DNA of 64,000 nt from positions 39,928,001 to 39,992,000 of the forward strand of contig OX597820.1 in the NCBI GenBank assembly GCA_951406725.2, written 5' to 3'. This stretch comes from Octopus vulgaris (lineage: Eukaryota). The number at the start of each line of letters is the position of its first letter. Within the stretch, counting starts at the first letter, position 1. This document shows, in pieces, positions 50,436-64,000 of this stretch. The position numbers and the translations under genes were made by a program. The notes below the pieces were generated by a model that worked only from the letters and a program-made list of their open reading frames with translations, was not told the DNA's origin and did not search any database.

Positions 50436-51777
50436 CAAAAGAACAAAATAACGCAAAAATACACACATAGTGACATACCTTTTCTAGTGACACTACCGAA
50501 ATTGAACTATCATTATACTGTTGTATATGATAGACAAAATTAAGGTTTAATTTCTGCGAATTTACTTCTCTCCTAAAATGATGAGCAGTAAGGGAGTTCT
50601 TGGATTTGCATACCTTATGTAGGTAGTTTGAATAAACTAATTACTGGACGCGAATATGATATAATGAACAGCAAAAGTGCTTGTATTAATTAGTAGTTAT
50701 TTTTACAGTGACGTGAGTGAAAATGGTTCACTGCCTAACATTAATCAGATTCTGGAAACTCAAAGAGAAGACAACTCGGATACTTCAACTAAAGCAAGGT
50801 TTCTTAACAAAATATGGAACTTAAAACAAAGTAATAGTCCCCCATTACAAGATATGCTTTTCACGGAAGGCAAGAACAGAACAAAATCGCTTGGAAGCCT
50901 ATGCGAAGGTATTTTGGACACTGGTATTCAGTAGAAAACGAACCGTATATTTTCTCCGTTCGCGGAGCATAAAATTCTTAGCTAGTTGATCCAATATAGT
51001 ACCTATCCCACAGGAAGTCGATTCCATTTGTTCCACAAACACAACGCCTGTTTCTAAATTTAAATCTATACTACATGAAGCAATTAAATACGCCTAAAAC
51101 AATACCTATATGAAAAACTCAGATAGTACTGTAACATAACAGTGTTAGTTGATAATGAAGAAGAATGATGAGTCATTCGACGTAAGTATGTAGTCTAACG
51201 ATTCCGCGTAAACCACTGTTTTTATCTCTTAACACTACCTTCATGACAATCTCCCGGAAATGGCATATGGTGTATTAAAAAATGTTGGGCTTTTTCCTTT
51301 GGTTCGGAAGGTTAACTTTCAGCTTCGAATTTTTAAAAATGAAGGGTTTTCAATCAATGTTGACACTACAAGTCTTCCTACCTCGCAGTTGTGAACAGCT
51401 CAGTGTCGAGTGAGCTTATTAGCTTCTATGTTATAAGTATATGTAAGCACTCTAACCAGCATATCGAGTTCCATATTAAATCATTTTTAAACAACTTAAA
51501 GCATATTGTATATATACACACGCAACACACAATCACATACACACAGACACAATCACACACATACGCACATAAACATACACACACACAGTCACACACAAAA
51601 TAGAAATTTGGAATTTTCTTGGCATTGTTCCTTCACCACTACACGTGTTTCATTTACTTGAAAGAACTCAGACCACATATTGGGTTGTAATAATGGAATA
51701 ATGGAATAAGCAGATGCGCTTCAAGAGGAAACAGCTGGGATTTACCTGAGAAACCTACACTATATGTGTGTGTGTGT

Positions 51778-52004
51778 GGCGAGCTGGCAGAAACGTTAGC
51801 ACGGCAGGCGAAATGCTTAGCAGTATTTCGTCTGCCGCTACGTTCTGAGTTCAAATTCCGCCGAGGTCGACTTTACCTTTCATCCTTTCGGGGTCGATAA
51901 ATAAAGTACCAGTTTCGCACTGGGGTGGATGTAATCGACTTAATCCTTTTGTCTGTCCTTGTTTGTCCCCTCTATGTTTAGCCACTTGTGGGTAGTAAAG
52001 AAAT
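51778..52004 (+). mobile_element. SINE family B
   Basis: Match to consensus. Confidence 0.88.
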
Positions 52005-52060
52005 ATATATGTTTGTGTGTGTGTGTGTGCGTGTGTGTGTGCGTGCGAGTGTGTGTGTGC

Positions 52061-52100
<40 letters not shown>

Positions 52101-52884
52101 TGCAATTCCTATACTAATACGACGGGCATCTTCGCAGATTCTGTCTAAGAATGTTCGCTCCCGCAAGCAATGGTCAGTCAACTCGAGGTCACAGTAGAGA
52201 CTACTTGCCAATATGCCAACTTGTCAATTTCCCAACTTGCTACACTGTGAACTGCCTCTATTTGATCATAATAATCTCGTTAAAATTTTCTGACACAAAT
52301 AGGACACACATTAAAGCGAATCGTAAGCGAATATAAAATGGATATTAATCTTTGACCGACTGTATTGGTGCTAATAAAATGGCAATTATTATCAATTTAA
52401 TTTATTCAAATAAATGAAGTAATAATATTGCCTTTTAATCCTATAGCCTAGGTTCAGTTAGAAAACATTTTTTTTAGCATTAAATTTATATTAAATTTGA
52501 AAAATTAATCTGGTCTCCCACAATATCTATTTCAGATATAATAATTCTGTGGTTGTACATTTAACGACTACGCAGAATTTTGCTAACTAAAAGGAAAACT
52601 GCTAAAAGGATTTATTCTTTTCTTTAATTAATGCTTTATGTGCGTACGCTTATGTGTGTTTCCACATTAGTGTGTGTGTGTATGTGTCTTGGATTCTCGT
52701 ATTGTATATGGTTGTATCTGACTTGGAGATATCTCCTAGTAAAATCTTAGGTTCTGACGTAGAGAAACTTAGGAAATGCGTGTAACTGAATCAACTGGCG
52801 AAACAACTGAGCGTCGTAGTGAATTTATTTCTCGCAAGCGGCGAGTCCATAGTAAAGCTCCTGTTGCAATTTTAGTACACACAC

Positions 52885-52940
<56 letters not shown>

Positions 52941-53026
52941 TCAAAAGCATATACACAAACGTATATTGTTTATGAAGTCAAATACATGAATATGTGTATA
53001 TGTGCATGTATACCAAAATGTTTATG

Positions 53027-53077
<51 letters not shown>

Positions 53078-53087
53078 CTTGTCACCT

Positions 53088-53138
53088 AGCTTCCTGATGA
53101 TTTCTTTTGAATGAAACAGTTCTAGTCCTGTAGAAGCT
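53088..53138 (+). ncRNA. Type I hammerhead ribozyme with canonical core
   Basis: AGCTTC-CTGATGA-T-TTC(TTTT)GAA-T-GAAA-CAG(TTCTAGTC)CTG-TA-GAAGCT. Predicted cleavage after 53132. Confidence 0.75.
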
Positions 53139-53183
53139 CCTTCTATAAAAAAAAAAATATATATATATGTATATATATATTAT

Positions 53184-53281
<98 letters not shown>

Positions 53282-54383
53282 ACCAACCAAGGAAAAGAAC
53301 TCCTTCAAAGAGGTGTGTAAATCATCCAAATCACTGCTGAGTCGGTTGAATACAACATAAATATGGGTATAATGTGAATTACAAACGATAAATTAAATAG
53401 AGAGATACACCTGACAATCCAATAGTTTATTTATATTATGATATACCATAATATACTATGAATATAATATAATATGATATAGCATAAACAATTAATTAAA
53501 CGACCTAAAAAGCCAGCATTTTCTTTCGACTTATGTAGATTTTTTTCATATATAAACTATTCAATTCCCTAATATATAAGTCACATCAGGGCGGGGTGTG
53601 TATATAAACGAAATTCCTTGTGAAATAATTGCTTATGTATTATGAGCGTGGGCATTAGTCATTCAACTACATATCAATTACATTATAAATTTAAAAGACA
53701 ACAAAATTATAACGGACACAATAATTAAGTAAGTAGAATCTTCAACTATCGAAATGTATATCTATATATCTCAAACAGTATCAGTCCAAACACGTTTATG
53801 TCTAAGACAATCTTTCGCTATTGTAATAACATACAACGATAATATATATGTATATAATTAAGTATCAGGGTCTTACTTAACCTATAAACTGTAACAAAAC
53901 ATGCAAAAAGTTATAATGATAATTATATTTTTAATATATAATAACACTTCTATTCATTTAAATTATTGATATAGAAATGTTGTTTAAAATAACTAATAAA
54001 AGAGTTCTATATTCATTATTTATCGAAGGGAGAATTCCGTAATAACTATAAATAGAAACTAAACAAAAAAATGTCTTTGTTTGCTTAATTTATTGTAGGG
54101 ATAATTCCGTAATAAATATGAAGAGAAATTTAGAGCTACAAACACTATTACAAAAATACCCCATACCTCTAAAAAACTACTAATATGGGTGGCTTCGAAT
54201 TCCACGCGTACGGGAAAGGCTACTTTTTTTTTCTCTCGAGGGCTTATATGCCCCATTATTAGACTATTTTCATCAGTCATTTCCACGGTGATCGCTCTAA
54301 GCTTTAAGCTTATATAAACATACCATTATTATTTGTTACAGAATTGTAAAACTCGATACTGCTTAACAAAACCATTCACACTG

Positions 54384-54461
<78 letters not shown>

Positions 54462-54467
54462 CATATA

Positions 54468-55617
54468 TAAACAAACACATATACGAAGGCAGTATTTTAT
54501 ATACAGGTCGTAATCAGTGTTTTAAATTCCCATCTAGACCTGATGACAATAGTAAATATAATTATCATTTAACATGCGCGTGCGTGGTTGTATCTGAATG
54601 CGCCTGAAAGTGGGCGAGTCAACACAAATATATCCCGAATACAAATGCACACACATACACAAATTCGCTCAATAGGACATTGGCAGATTTTGTATGGCGA
54701 CTGAAGGAGGATAAAACGAAGTACAGCATTAATTGGCCATAGTAAGGTATGCGAAACCATACAATATGATTTCCAGGAGATGCCGTCTCTGTTCCGAAGA
54801 ATCCCTGTCTATTCTGTGGACTAACGAGAAGATAATTAATAGAATTTATGAACGACTATCTACACGCATATAAATATACTTTCGCACAATGCAGTGAGAA
54901 TGAATTTTGAGTAACCGTTAACTTAACTTAATTTACTTTAAGGTATGGATGACTTCAGTTTACTTTTAACCTCTCCATTCTTATAAACACCGAGTTGATA
55001 AATAACTTGCTTCGTGATCATGAGTGCACCAAACCTCACGTGTGCGGATGCTCACATTTTTGCGGATGCTTGAACGAGCGAGTGTACTCGCGCCAAGCAG
55101 CTTGCTCGAGAGCGTTTACACATCCATACCTGTTAACGGTTATTTCTAATACTTTTTTCGCTGGATTGCGTGTTCGTTTCTCCTTTTGTCGTCTGTTATT
55201 ATTATTTTTCATCTTCTATATAAATGAAGATATTTCACCCGTCTGGCCGCTTTTCTCTCTACAAAACAGATGATTACATTGCGGAACAGTCATTTTAACG
55301 AGTTGTATTTATTTATCACCCGAAGAGGTACATCTGCACCACTGGATGCTCCTGAACCAGTTGTTGAGTGTCTCATCCAAAAGGAATCGATGCTAGATGT
55401 GTCGAAACAACTGTCGTGATTAATAATAAATTCTCGTATATTCCATCTTCTGTCTTACGACGTGTTTCTTTCAGTTTCAGTCTAACAAAATCACTCACAA
55501 GGCTTTGGTCGACCCGAGGCTATAGTAGAAGACATTTGCGCAAGGTGCCACGCAGTGGGACTGAACCCGAAACCATGTGGTTGGAAACTATATATTTGTG
55601 TGTGTGTATGTGTGTGT

Positions 55618-55663
<46 letters not shown>

Positions 55664-55851
55664 ATGCGCGCATTTGTATTCGGGATATATTCGTATGTTG
55701 ATGCACCTATTTTCCGATGCACTCAGATACACCCACGCACGCGCATGTTAAATGGTAAATATATTTACTATTGTCATCATGTCTAGATGGGAATTCAAAA
55801 TACTACTTACGGCCTATATATAAGATATTGCCTTCGAATACGTGTTTGTTT
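54468..55851. repeat. ~190-bp inverted repeats (54468-54660 / 55660-55851), possible TIR element
   Basis: CCCATCTAGAC.TGATGACAATAGTAAATATA and CATTTAACATGCGCGTGCGTGG are present in both orientations. Confidence 0.75.
55457..55585 (-). mobile_element. SINE family A, 5' half
   Basis: Match to consensus. Confidence 0.8.
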
Positions 55852-56582
55852 TATGATAGATAAAATATATTAGATATACAGAGATTATTAGACATACAGA
55901 GTTTATTGTATGTTGTCATACATAAGTGAAAATAAATATAGGCGATTAGTCCAATCTAATAATACATGTAACATTATGAATATATGGATATGATCACGTA
56001 TAGGAATGCGTGGGTGCCTATATGTGAGTGTGTGTGCGTATGTGTGTGCGCGTGTGCGTGTTTGTGTGGGTGTGTATGTATATTCATGTATGTATGTGTG
56101 TATGTATGTATGTATATATGTATGTATGTTTGTATGCATGTATGTAAGCATGTATGTTTGTTTGTTTGCTTTTTTTGTATGTATGTATGTATTGATTTGT
56201 TTCTACATATGTATGAATCCATGCATATGTATATCGAGTTTCGGGAATTCTACACTCTTTACTGTAGGAAAGTACTCAGATGCAGAAGTAAAGTGCAAAA
56301 TGAGAATATCAAACTGTAAATTCCATTCCTGTATATACCATTCCGCGAGACAAGTAGAAGTATCCATCAGCTATATGTGTGAAACAGCGACTGCTATTTT
56401 GACATAGTCAACATTTTTTCTTGCATTTTCTGTTTTCTAAGACTTCAGTTTTAATTTTGACTTCAGTTCCTTAGCCTCTGTCTTCTACAAAATATTGGCA
56501 TCCTTTCTGTCTCGGGAGACAATGGAGTTGCACATGTTTACTTTTTTTTTTTTTTTTTGTAGTCTAGTCCGGCTTTTATATT

Positions 56583-56780
56583 TCATGTCCTGATACATTT
56601 CCTGCTGTGGCTGTGTAGTCCTATCCTGGACAAACACTCCCTCTGGCAGGTACCGCAAATGTAGCGAAGACTGTTCCTGGCTGGTTGTAGTGCCATAGTC
56701 TCTTGTTTACGTCTCTTCCTTTCTTTCCATTTCTCCTCTCTCCCTCTGTCACTCTTTTGTATTCCCTCTTTTACTGTACG
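56583..56780 (-). mobile_element. RTE/BovB-like LINE C-terminal zinc-finger fragment
   Basis: YICGTCQRECLSRIGLHSHSRKC. Confidence 0.75.
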
Positions 56781-57084
56781 TCTATAAAATAACATACTGT
56801 ATAATTTAACATTAATTTATTACGTAACATCATCGATTCTAACGCACAGGATCTCTAACATTCATATGTACATATACCCAATATCCTCAATCTGAACCAG
56901 CTTAACAGGATCCTATTATGCCATTGGATTTATACTCTGATTATTCGGCATTCTAAACTTCATCTAAGCAACGAATTAACCTTATTTCTGAAGTGGAAGT
57001 AATCTTGTCAGCAAATAATACATAATGAGCAAATAAGACATAATACAATGATATATGTATGTATGTATGTATGTATGTATAATA

Positions 57085-57376
57085 AGTTCTTAAGCAGATC
57101 AGGCCGAAAATGTCGCTAGAAGCTAGGATCACCAAGCATAGATTGGCATATTTTGGTCATATTATGCGGAGAAAATCTCTGGAGAAGGAATCATGCTCGG
57201 AATGGTCAGTGGCAAGAGAGAAAGAGGCCGATTAAGAACCCGCTGGCTTGACAGAAATGGACATACCGGAATGGACATAGTCAATCTGAAAGAAGCGGCC
57301 CGGGATAGAACTGACTGGAGGACATTGATCCATCGAGTAAACGAGAGTCGACTTCGACTGAGCGGATAGATAGATA
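57085..57376 (+). mobile_element. RTE-clade LINE 3' fragment with (GATA)n tail
   Basis: Reverse complement of 12830-13115. Confidence 0.85.
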
Positions 57377-57714
57377 CACAATGATTAAATGACATTTTAT
57401 AACAATATTGCAACATCTATAGCGTACGATGTAAAATTTATAAGAAAATGCAAAATTAAGTAGCATCACTTTACCTTGTATTTTCAGAGTGTCCAGTTAT
57501 TTCATCTGCATTGCCATTAGTCAACAAAATTATACATTACGTATCATTTATTATTAATATTAAATCTTTTTTTCTCACGAATCTATAGTTTATACATTCA
57601 TAGTATTGATATTTATTATATATTCATATATATGCTTATTGCGCATGTATGCTTGTATATAAACATACGTTAGTAGGTGAATGTATATGTACGTGTATGA
57701 ATATTTGTTCGTTT

Positions 57715-57787
<73 letters not shown>

Positions 57788-57887
57788 TTGAAAATATGTG
57801 GAAAACGTATATAAAAGTGGAAGAGAAACGCCTTCGTTCTACATAGTTCAATAACTTTTTTATAAAGAAATATATATATATATATAT

Positions 57888-58014
57888 TGCCTTTCATCCT
57901 TTCGGGGTCGATAAATTAAGTACCAGTTACACACTGGGGTCGATATAATCGACTTAATCCGTTCGTCTGTCCTTGTTTGTCCCGTCTGTGTTTAGCCCCT
58001 TGTGGGTAGTAAAG

Positions 58015-58018
<4 letters not shown>
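57888..58018 (+). mobile_element. SINE family B, 3' part
   Basis: Match to consensus. Confidence 0.85.
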
Positions 58019-58096
<78 letters not shown>

Positions 58097-58329
58097 ATAT
58101 ATATATATATACAAAATAAGAAAATGGAGAAATACATTTCTCCATTTTCTTATTCTGTATTATGAAATTGTGGTAAAACATTTTACCTTTGCCCATATAA
58201 TACAGTAAATGAATTAATTGCATCGCAATTCTTAACATTTATGTATTAACTTTGTTGGATACTTCACTAGCAGTATATTGAATATATGTTATCCCAAGGA
58301 GGGCTGCATTTACAACCCCTATCTCAATT

Positions 58330-58383
<54 letters not shown>

Positions 58384-58558
58384 CACATATTTTATGGATG
58401 TCGTGAAATCCAACCGGTTTTGGCTATTTATATTAGCTTCTAAAGTGACGTTATGAAGTAATCAATTCTTGTGACAAAGGGGTCTCGCCATTTTGGACGC
58501 AAGAATGAGTCTAGAGTGTGGACAAAGGGAGGAAACAGGTGACTAGGGGGCCAATATG

Positions 58559-58589
<31 letters not shown>

Positions 58590-59207
58590 TAAAGTTAAAT
58601 AGGCATCATTACCATTATTAATAATAATAATAATGATAATACTAAAGTGGTCAGCAAGTTTACACTTTTATGAGTAAAATATTATTGAAGTTCAATAGTT
58701 AGTAATCCGTGGTTTTAGGGTGATGGCTCTGTTTATAACAAGTAGTACTTTAATAACCTATTGAATTTTGTATATGTATATATATATATATATATATACA
58801 CGCACAGGCACACTCACAAACACATATGTAAATTATCTAGGCATTCGGTAAGTACCAAACAGTTAGTCGATCTAGCACGCTCACTGCTTGTGTCTAATTG
58901 ACGTCATCCACGGTATTTACACAATTGTTGCTAGATCGGAATTCCTCAGTTATCGTCGAGTATATAATAAATGATAGAGACAGAAAATGGAATATTTCTC
59001 GTATATTCCATTTTCCGCCACTATTATTTGTATTATGTTTAAGTACACTTTCAGTCATATTATATAAACTCTACGGACACGAAGGAATTTCTGAAGTAAA
59101 CCCAGTTACATCGACGCTGATTTGACATCAGGTATCCGAATACAGTGAAAGGGCTTTAAACTATGAGTTTGTAGATATGTCTATAACAATACATAAATAT
59201 ATACATA

Positions 59208-59730
59208 CTAGCAGCATAGCCCGGCATTGCCCGGGTATGTAAGAGCCCCTGGAGCAGACATGATGCTCGCTGTGAATTTTTAAAAAATTCCTGCCAATTT
59301 GTGAAAGATATTGTCGAAAATATGTCATCTTGAATTTGAACGCGATTTCCCAAAATGGCATGATTTTATCAATTTTTTCTGATAGTAAGGTATTGCATGG
59401 AAAACTAACGACAGAATTAAGTTTCTTAGGGTAACATTAAGCTTCACCATGACTTTGGTAAAAATCGATTGCAAGTTGCGAAAACTACAACAGAAAATGT
59501 GTTGCAAATAAAAAGCTTAGATTCTCGACCCCATGTCGAATTTACAGATTTTTTCAGAACTGGGGGAACTTTTCAAAATTTTCGCTGCGTTAGTTTTGAA
59601 TTATGACACTGGGCTATGTGTGTGTCAAGTTTCATCAGAATCGGTTGAAAGCTGTGGTCAGGGTGAAAGTACAACCTGACAGACAACACAGACACACAGA
59701 CAGACAAACTGCCGTTTATATATAGAGAGA
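59208..59730 (-). mobile_element. Non-autonomous Helitron
   Basis: Minus strand A|TC...CTAG|T with subterminal hairpin CCCGG-CATTGC-CCGGG. Confidence 0.8.
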
Positions 59731-59944
59731 TGTATTTTCCTCATTGACACTCAACCGTTTATATATTGCATCCATTTGCCATTACCACGACGTGTGTTTA
59801 GCCAATAGAAATCGTGAGTTCTGCAGATATTTATTATTTTCATCTGTATGTGTTATTGTTTACATATCACCGCTACGCTTGTCGATGTGTGTATGCTGAA
59901 ACTTAAGCGGGATATCATTCAGCAATATGGTTTTATGCATATAT

Positions 59945-60151
59945 ACTCTTTACTCTTTTACTTGTTTCAGTCATTTGACTGCGGCCACGCTGGAGCACCG
60001 CCTTTAATCGAGCAACTCGACCCCGGGACTTATTCTTTTGTAAGCCCAGTACTTATTCTATCGGTCTCTTTTGCCGAACCGCTAAGTGACGGGGACGTAA
60101 ACACACCAGCATCGGTTGTAAAGCAATGCTAGGGGGACAAACACAGACACA

Positions 60152-60245
<94 letters not shown>

Positions 60246-60410
60246 TACAACAGGCTTCTTTCAGTTTCCGTCTACCAAATCCACTCACAAGGCATTGGTC
60301 GGCCCGGGGCTATAGCAGAAGACACTTGCCCAAGATGCCACGCAGTGGGAATGAACTCGGAACCATGTGGTTGGTTAGCAAGCTACTTACCACACAGCCA
60401 CTCCTGCGCC
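59945..60410 (-). mobile_element. SINE family A, full length
   Basis: Match to consensus. Confidence 0.9.
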
Positions 60411-60653
60411 TCTATATAAATATATTCTGAAGAATTGGAAAATTCTGCTTATTCCTGACTGACTTGATATCTTTCAAGCTTTATTATTTAAGGCCTAACG
60501 AGGATAACCCTTTTTACCTATTAACACTTTAGTTTCACTTCCTTTTTTTTTTTCCTTTACCCTCGTTTACTGTCTGGGTTTTATATATGCTGCCTTCTCA
60601 GCTTTATTGCGTTTCTTCTATTTCTTCAACTTTTTTAGTTTGTTATATTGGTT

Positions 60654-60708
60654 TGCGCCTGAAGAATATGTTTGAGGTCTCTCAACGTATGAAACTATTG
60701 GTCACACA
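60654..60708 (+). ncRNA. Type I hammerhead motif, stem I decayed
   Basis: TGCGC-CTGAAGA-ATATG-T-TTGAG(GTCT)CTCAA-CGTAT-GAAAC-TATTG-GTC-ACACA. Confidence 0.6.
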
Positions 60709-60722
60709 TACTGTGACCTTTA

Positions 60723-61415
<693 letters not shown>

Positions 61416-61459
61416 TATATATATATATATATGTCTGTGTGTTTGTGTGTCTGCGTTTT

Positions 61460-61493
<34 letters not shown>

Positions 61494-61770
61494 TGTATAT
61501 ATATATATTTTAAATTAATAATAGAAGGGTAAAATTTATTAATTAAATTAATTAATTAATTAGCAATTTTACGAAGTAGATCGGTACGTTAAAATAACCT
61601 TTATAGGTAAAAGTATCCACGTAATTATAATTAGGATTCAGCTAACTGCTTCACCACATACCGAAATTAGAAATAGGAGTTAAAAATTCCTATTTTGCTA
61701 CTATAAGCATCTCCATGACGGTAAACATACTTTTTTACGAAGGCAAAGAGAAAAACAATGAATCAACACG

Positions 61771-61827
<57 letters not shown>

Positions 61828-62500
61828 ACCATATATATATATATCAAAACAAAAGACTAAAAAAATTTGTTATATTTTTAATTCCATGTTATTCATGTTC
61901 TGTTACAGGATACGAGTTACATGTTGAACAGGACATGTAAAGAATAATCCAACCAGTATTTTGGATGGTAGAGACACTATACCACTGGTCAATCATAGAA
62001 AGAATCATCTATCAATTCAGACAATGAGCCCCAACATCTGATGGCTGTAGTGGGTGTACTGGCAGACCTGTTTACTTTAGAATTCATTGAAGATAGTCAT
62101 GAGATCGAACAGAGAAATGTACGATCCATCATTGACAACTCCATACTGAATAGCAAAATAAGTCCAACATCACTACACACACTTTCTACCCCATATGACT
62201 TCCATTTCTTCCTCTCATTCCATCACATTCCCCTCCTCCCTACCAAATATACATAGAAACACCCACATAACTCAATTAATCTTCGCACTGGTCAAAAAGG
62301 ATAAACATCTCTCTGGTAAACATCTATTAATGTTATATCGACTGAAGAAATGAATCCATGAAGATGATCTACCCGTTACCTACAGATACTACGGACTACC
62401 CTGATATCAACCCCAGGAATACGGATTGTGATCTTAAGAGACATATGACTTGAGGAAACGCACGTAGCGATGCATTAAATGTTTATAAATTCCATCCAAA

Positions 62501-62566
<66 letters not shown>

Positions 62567-62710
62567 ATTTACCCAATTTTCATATCAGTACAACTCGATG
62601 CAACACCAAAAGCTGGTTCACCAGTCAACAACGTTAGACTATGGCTGCCATAATAAAATAGGAGCTTTGTTGCATATCCAAAACGTTTCCCCTAATCAAA
62701 TTTAAAAGAT

Positions 62711-62758
<48 letters not shown>

Positions 62759-63613
62759 TGTGTACACACAAATAGATCCTGTAGAGACATGGGATTACAA
62801 TCATGGGTTTCTGACTTTGATTCTTGAACGGGGATGGATGTTGTGTTCTTTATTTCATGTTGCTCCAGTCCACTCAGCATTAAAAATGAGTTGCAATATT
62901 ACTAGCCTTGGAACCAAACTGTATCGGCATCAGTGTTTCCCTTGGGCAACATCGGTACCATGGAAAGTGGAAAGTGGAAACTGGTATGCATGGGCGATTG
63001 TTGGTCTTCCACAAACAAACTTGCTCGGACTTTTGCCTCGGCAGGGAATTCTCTTGCTGCAATTCCGGGCTCATTCATGACCGAACGAGTTCCTTACATT
63101 TTTTTAATAAATATTCATAATCATCTACACGGTTTTCTATACATATTAGGCTTCGATAGAGGTATCAATGTATTCATTTCAAAATACTACAAATTTGTGA
63201 CATTCCTGCAAATATGATCACCTAAAATATATAACTTCAAAGTTAGCTACACTCCTTTACATTTTTAGCTGACCAACCACATTATCTACAACGAAAAATT
63301 GTATGAATTAAAAAATTTCATTCTCTTTCCCTTCAACTTCCTTCATCTTCTCCTGTTCTATTATTCATTTTTTAGGTAGCTAATACATAGCGTTTAAAAT
63401 GATATTTCTAAAGAACTGTGTGCATCGAAACATATTCAAACACATGCAAACTATTAAAATTAATAAATCTAATTCTAACTCTGTAAACATTGATTATTTT
63501 ATTCGGTTTGTAAATGCCCGCTTTCTAAGGAACATATACAAACTAGAATTACATAAACACACACAAAACATAAAAAACGAACGTATATCTATATAAACAT
63601 ATATATCAATGCA

Positions 63614-64000
<387 letters not shown>

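Noticed and set aside
54540-54560. Lone CTGATGA matches (also ~28191, 39735, 54270, 59632)
   Set aside because: No stem II/GAAA/UH context.
61960-62480. Possible Penelope endonuclease relic and GAAACGCACGTA HHR half
   Set aside because: Too degenerate, and the catalytic core is missing.

Overview
AT-rich eukaryotic, repeat-dominated DNA with dense (TA)n, (CATA)n, (CA)n, (GA)n, (TATC)n and (AAT)n microsatellites. The repeat content suggests an octopus/coleoid cephalopod intergenic or intronic region (inference). No host protein-coding gene is confidently supported, and most listed ORFs are microsatellite artefacts. Recognisable elements: a decayed Tc1/Tc3-like transposon, a nearly intact 5'-truncated CR1-type LINE, fragments of RTE, R4/Dong-like and L1/Tx1 LINEs, Penelope-like (GIY-YIG) remnants, non-autonomous Helitrons, a foldback MITE and many copies of three tRNA-derived SINE families. 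The most striking signal is a set of type I hammerhead ribozyme (HHR) motifs. At 22.95-23.84 kb a retrozyme-like module carries two tandem minus-strand HHRs 356 nt apart, a 56-bp hairpin and a divergent plus-strand HHR. All three have the compensatory U3-A8 core (UUGAUAA instead of CUGAUGA). All structures were folded by eye and none is computationally or experimentally verified.
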